Shown: positions 58,922-63,000 of the stretch, in pieces
Layout: each line of letters starts with the position of its first letter
How positions within the stretch are numbered: the stretch's first letter is position 1
DNA from: a virus
Lineage: Duplodnaviria; Caudoviricetes
Virus record (IMG/VR): IMGVR_UViG_3300042938_000809
Coordinates: 1-63,000 of that record
Direction: 5' to 3' (one strand)
Length of the DNA stretch: 63,000 bases
The notes under the pieces: generated by a model
Seen by the model: only the letters and a program-made list of their open reading frames with translations
Database searches by the model: none
What the model was told of the DNA's origin: nothing
Made by a program: the position numbers and the translations under genes

Positions 58922-59068
58922 TTATTTATCTATTTCAAAAGCAATATCTACGAATGGCAAGTATAACACGTGTGTTGAATACGTTTCTTCTTCATAAGTT
59001 CTAATGCCAAATAGTATTCCTGGATATAATCCAATTGTTAAACTCCAATACTTTTCTTCTTTTTCCAT
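58922..59068 (-). CDS. hypothetical protein (48 aa)
   Basis: Manual translation MEKEEKYWSLTIGLYPGILFGIRTY...LYLPFVDIAFEIDK. Confidence 0.55.
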   Translation of the reverse strand: MEKEEKYWSLTIGLYPGILFGIRTYEEETYSTHVLYLPFVDIAFEIDK

Positions 59069-59085
59069 AATGTTTTATTTAATTA

Positions 59086-59253
59086 TTAATTATCTATTTT
59101 ATATTTTTCACGCATTTTTAATACATCTTGGTATTTAACTTTGCCTTTTACATTGAAAGACCATTTGACCCACTTGTCAAATTGTGCTTCAGCATATTTC
59201 TTCCAGGCTAACCTTCTCGATTCTCCAGGATTAACTGAACTGTCTTGTCGCAT
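59086..59253 (-). CDS. hypothetical protein (55 aa)
   Basis: Manual translation MRQDSS...WKKYAEAQFDKWVKWSF... fills the gap between ORFs. Confidence 0.45.
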   Translation of the reverse strand: MRQDSSVNPGESRRLAWKKYAEAQFDKWVKWSFNVKGKVKYQDVLKMREKYKIDN

Positions 59254-59654
59254 TCTGCTTGATTTTGTGGTTTATATAATGTTCTATGATCATTGTTTTG
59301 CATCATCCATTGTTTAAATAATTTCCATCGCAATGGAAAAGAATCGTTAGCTCTACCTTTTGTTTCAATTATAAAATCTTTACCAATGAAGTCTGGCGTA
59401 TATTTTAGGTTAAGTATTTTTTTGTCGCCACGGTTCTCAAAGCCTCCTTTACCATTGGATTGTCTCTCAAAACTTTTGTTCGGAAATTGAAAACTAGGGA
59501 CAAGTTCAAAAGTATGGGATTCATATTGTGCTTTTATATCGTGTTCTTTTAATACTTTGTACATATACTTTTCAAGACCTGAAGCAAAGGTAATGCCATC
59601 ATACATTACCTTTTTTGCTACTACAGGACCTTTCTTTCTGCTAATCTTTTTCAT
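59208..59654 (-). CDS. PD-(D/E)XK endonuclease (T7 endonuclease I / Holliday junction resolvase-like)
   Basis: DGITFASGLE, YE, YTPDF, IIETKG. Confidence 0.8.
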   Translation of the reverse strand: MKKISRKKGPVVAKKVMYDGITFASGLEKYMYKVLKEHDIKAQYESHTFELVPSFQFPNKSFERQSNGKGGFENRGDKKILNLKYTPDFIGKDFIIETKGRANDSFPLRWKLFKQWMMQNNDHRTLYKPQNQAECDKTVQLILENREG

Positions 59655-59947
59655 TAATTGTAATTACCATATTTGTCTTTTTTGACATCAACTAATGTGT
59701 AATTAACTTCAGCGCGTTTAATCATTGCTTCTTGTTCAAGATCGGTTAATTCTTCTTTTAAACGTTGCATGTATAGCACAGCATCCATTAACTCTTCTTG
59801 TAAATGATTAGCCCACGCAAACAAGTCTGACTTATCATCTCGCAATGTTTTGCCGTATTTTGCAAAGCCAACATCTGATCTACTTACAAATTTAGCCACG
59901 ACTGATTCAACTACTGGATCTCTAAATTGGATTGTTACTTCTTTCAT
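59654..59947 (-). CDS. small all-alpha NTP-pyrophosphatase-like protein
   Basis: RS.VG..KYG.TL...W..HLQEELMDAVLY (EExxD helix). Confidence 0.5.
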   Translation of the reverse strand: MKEVTIQFRDPVVESVVAKFVSRSDVGFAKYGKTLRDDKSDLFAWANHLQEELMDAVLYMQRLKEELTDLEQEAMIKRAEVNYTLVDVKKDKYGNYN

Positions 59948-60825
59948 TATAGTGTTGTTGTATTTAATTGATTAGTGCCTGTTACATTTAATTGATTAAT
60001 ACCTGTTGAGCCTGTGTGATTAGTACCTACCCAAGGGCCGTCTTTAACAAATGTACCATTTCGCATTGAACCCTTACGATCTTTAATTACATTATAAGCT
60101 AATAAAACACAGTCTTCAACTTTTAATCCTTCTAATGCAGCTAGATTTGTTAATACAACCATACAATCGCCAATAGCATCTATGAATTCAACTTGATCTT
60201 TTTTCAATATTGCTTTTCCTAATTCTCCAAACTCTTCTGATAATTTAAGAAATTGAGTTTTAACATCTCCATCTTTATATATACCTTTTTCATCTGCCCA
60301 TAACCTAATTAAATCGTACACGTTAGGGACTTCTGTTTTTGTTTTTGCTTTCGGTTCTATTAACGTTTTAGCAAATTCTTCTAATGCTTTATTATATACG
60401 TATGTTCTACCTGGATTGAACATTGATACGTTTGCATTCTTTACAATCCATTCTACTATTGCGGGAGTTAATGTATAACTGCCAAAGCCTGTTTTAAATT
60501 GTATTCCTAAGTTGTCAAACAAGTTACCCTTCAGTTTATTAATTGGACATGGAAACGTTGTTGTCTGTTCTGTTACATTTAATACCATTTTATTTTTTTG
60601 TTTATCGATTAAATTTTTATATGATTGTCTGTCTATCTTATAGCCGTAGATAAGTTGAAGTTCTAATTCTCGCGCTGATATATAATCTATATCATTACTT
60701 GAATCTAGAACTTCGTATTCTCCGGTATGGTATCCTTGTTGGATTGTTAATCTATCTTTAAGATTACGTGTTACTCCAATTTTTTTACCAAATATATGAT
60801 ATAAATAATAAATTGTTTTTGTCAT
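59947..60825 (-). CDS. GIY-YIG-like N-terminus fused to a MazG-like nucleotide pyrophosphohydrolase
   Basis: YYLYHI...KIGVT..L..R; C-terminal WA..KGI...Q..KL.EE.GEL...DAIGD..V.L...AY..IKDRKG. Confidence 0.75.
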   Translation of the reverse strand: MTKTIYYLYHIFGKKIGVTRNLKDRLTIQQGYHTGEYEVLDSSNDIDYISARELELQLIYGYKIDRQSYKNLIDKQKNKMVLNVTEQTTTFPCPINKLKGNLFDNLGIQFKTGFGSYTLTPAIVEWIVKNANVSMFNPGRTYVYNKALEEFAKTLIEPKAKTKTEVPNVYDLIRLWADEKGIYKDGDVKTQFLKLSEEFGELGKAILKKDQVEFIDAIGDCMVVLTNLAALEGLKVEDCVLLAYNVIKDRKGSMRNGTFVKDGPWVGTNHTGSTGINQLNVTGTNQLNTTTL

Positions 60826-60833
60826 AGTGTTAC

Positions 60834-61601
60834 TTATATAGCTACTGTCGCTGTTATTACTGGACCATGTTTGTATGCAATTAATTCTAATAGATTACCA
60901 TCTAACTTATATTTAGGCAATTCAAAGTTATCTTGCTTTAAGTACTCATGAACAGCCTCTAATTGGTTATTGTATATGTGCGCATCTACTATCTGTATAT
61001 CCAAAACATTAGCATCTAATCCTGTGTAGTCAGCTACATATAATAGTATTCTAGTAAACAAAGCAACATCATAAGGTATACCTAAGAATAGATCGCCAGA
61101 TCTTTGCACAACAAACATATTAAGTTTGCCTTTGTCTACAAAAAATTGAAAATACAAATAACAAGGAGGCAAAGCCATCTGATCTTGCTGAGCTGGATTC
61201 CACAATGATATGATATGCCTACGGCTATCTGGATCAGTCCTTAATGATTTTATTACGTTTTGCATTTGATCTATATTTTGATTGTTAAAATTGCGCATTT
61301 GATGCCCATACACAGGACCAAGATCTCCATTCTCATCTGCCCAAGCATCCCATATTTTTACTCCAGCATCTTTAAACATTTTAATATTTGTTTGTCCAGT
61401 CATAAACCATTCAAACTCCGTATTAAATATTTTTTGTGACATTTTTCTACCTGTTATTATAGGAAAGTATTTTGAAACATTGATGCTTAAGGACGCATTG
61501 AAAATAGAACTGCAGCCTACTTTAGTACGATCTAATCTATGAGTACCTTTTGTTAAACATTCCCATAATAATTCTTTATATTGTGATTCATAATTTGCCA
61601 T
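60834..61601 (-). CDS. thyA: thymidylate synthase family protein (Asp at the Asn177 position; possibly dCMP-specific)
   Basis: DRT.VG, IWDAW, LGPVYG.Q.R, DSRR, LPPC, QRSGDLFLGIPYD, HIY. Confidence 0.9.
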   Translation of the reverse strand: MANYESQYKELLWECLTKGTHRLDRTKVGCSSIFNASLSINVSKYFPIITGRKMSQKIFNTEFEWFMTGQTNIKMFKDAGVKIWDAWADENGDLGPVYGHQMRNFNNQNIDQMQNVIKSLRTDPDSRRHIISLWNPAQQDQMALPPCYLYFQFFVDKGKLNMFVVQRSGDLFLGIPYDVALFTRILLYVADYTGLDANVLDIQIVDAHIYNNQLEAVHEYLKQDNFELPKYKLDGNLLELIAYKHGPVITATVAI

Positions 61602-61602
61602 A

Positions 61603-61941
61603 CTAAAATAGTTTTAAGTCTTCGTTAATTGGTTTTTCTTTTTTAGTTTGTTTTTCAACAACTTTTTTTTCTTCTTTTATTTCATTCTTGGTGTACTTAT
61701 TGTAGTAATAACAATAGTATTTATATATCTGTTTCCATATCTCCACTTTGCCATAAGCTTCAGGACTGGTTCGGTTTCTTCCATTGATATTTATCATTAC
61801 ATACCATTCAGTATTACTCTTTGCAAATGGTCCAATGTATATACCATTTCTTATGCCCCACTCTCTAGCGTCGCATTCACTTAGTTTGCATGAGTAATTA
61901 CCCATGTCAACACCACCTTTCTTTTTAGTTCCACTACCCAT
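61603..61941 (-). CDS. hypothetical protein
   Basis: ORF track. Confidence 0.65.
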   Translation of the reverse strand: MGSGTKKKGGVDMGNYSCKLSECDAREWGIRNGIYIGPFAKSNTEWYVMININGRNRTSPEAYGKVEIWKQIYKYYCYYYNKYTKNEIKEEKKVVEKQTKKEKPINEDLKLF

Positions 61942-63000
61942 TTATTCCCAAGGCATTTTATCATTCTCACTAACTGCTGGAACATGAGGCAGGAAACAAC
62001 CTGAGGCTGGTTCCCATTTAAAATGACATTCAGCACCATTCTCACCTAGGTTTTGAAACTTACATTTTAATACTTTCACTTTGACAGTCTTGTCTTCATA
62101 GTTTCTATGAACTAGTAACCCATGATAAGAAGCATCATACCATTCACCCCCTCCTTTAATATTGTACATGGTAGGTTCTTCAATATTGCCTTTTGAATCT
62201 TTGTACATTTTAGTGGGGTGAGCTACAACCATAACTAATACATCGTATTTTTTAGCAAAGATTTCAATCTTACTTAAGTATTCCAATGTATACACATTAA
62301 CGTCCCCTGATGAATCATTGTCCCTAACCTTGTTAAATGGATCTATAACAAGACATTTGATACCTTTACGTTTAACTAATTCAGCACCTTTTCTTAATAC
62401 AGAATCCAATGTATAACGTTCCATGTCAATAAAGAAATAATTATCATTGACATGATCCGCTATTTGATCCCATTTTTCAGTTTTAATATCTTCAACTCCT
62501 GGCATGCCTTGCCATGTTTTTCTCATCAGTTTGTGAGCATGCAAATATGTGGGTGTATTCTCAGGAGAAGCATAAGCAGTCTTCCAACCGTAGTTAGCAT
62601 TGTAACCTATAACCATTTGGTCAACAAAGTCAGACTTTCCAGAACTAGGTATACCAGTAACAGTGATGAACTGACCCGTATAAGTAGAGAAAATACTATC
62701 GAAATTCTCAAGCCCAACTTGGAATCCAGGTTTAAACCCATTGCGCACAAAATCCGTGACTTCATCTTCTATGTCTCTAAAGGTTGTTACATTTTCTAAC
62801 GGCACAGGTTTAGCTCTACTAATTCTATTAGATAAAGCTTCCTTGCCGTATTTAATTAAGTATTCATTAGCATCCTTACAATCATCGAAAGTTGCAATAT
62901 AACAAGTTTCTGATCCTAATCTCCTAACTAACTCAGACTGCAAGGCTTGCCCGGCAGCGTCTGAATCAACTGCTATTATTATCTTTTGTTTGTCTTCAAA
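61942..63000 (-). CDS. T7 gp4/Twinkle-like primase-helicase (5' part outside the window)
   Basis: TOPRIM end AVDSDAAG...KDANE, Walker A GIPSSGKS, LVIDP, VAHP. Confidence 0.9.
   Translation of the reverse strand, partial: FEDKQKIIIAVDSDAAGQALQSELVRRLGSETCYIATFDDCKDANEYLIKYGKEALSNRISRAKPVPLENVTTFRDIEDEVTDFVRNGFKPGFQVGLENFDSIFSTYTGQFITVTGIPSSGKSDFVDQMVIGYNANYGWKTAYASPENTPTYLHAHKLMRKTWQGMPGVEDIKTEKWDQIADHVNDNYFFIDMERYTLDSVLRKGAELVKRKGIKCLVIDPFNKVRDNDSSGDVNVYTLEYLSKIEIFAKKYDVLVMVVAHPTKMYKDSKGNIEEPTMYNIKGGGEWYDASYHGLLVHRNYEDKTVKVKVLKCKFQNLGENGAECHFKWEPASGCFLPHVPAVSENDKMPWE

Noticed and set aside
1-63000. Stop-codon reassignment or suppressor tRNA
   Set aside because: Long genes translate intact in the standard code, and no tRNA with a clear CTA/TCA/TTA anticodon was found

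Overview
About 63 kb of an AT-rich, podovirus-like dsDNA phage. The host is probably Bacteroidota/Flavobacteriia, inferred from A-rich leaders without Shine-Dalgarno sequences and from Fib_succ-type and DUF5675-type genes. There are three blocks. (1) 1-12.4 kb, minus strand: an early/accessory arm with a sigma70-family gene, many small ORFs, a tmRNA with an unusually long tag frame, three tRNA-shaped RNAs with abnormal anticodon arms, 13 fixed-spacing copies of a 33-bp promoter-like motif, about 20 copies of the 10-mer GTGTATAGCA and two of three 44-bp inverted repeats. (2) 13.1-56.1 kb, plus strand: GroEL/GroES, a cluster of Lys-rich (S/T)PAK-motif proteins with an HExxH peptidase, tail fibres, lysis genes, terminase, portal, scaffold, major capsid, tail proteins and probable ejection proteins ending in a 2608-aa polyprotein. 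(3) 56.2-63 kb, minus strand: NrdA/NrdB, an endonuclease, two MazG-like proteins, a thymidylate synthase homologue and a primase-helicase. The strongest leads are a sigma region-2-like domain inside the probable ejected polyprotein that may serve the 13 early promoters, a ThyA homologue with the Asn177-to-Asp dCMP-specificity substitution, and the aberrant tRNA-like RNAs plus long-tag tmRNA. All assignments come from reading motifs by eye; no searches were run.
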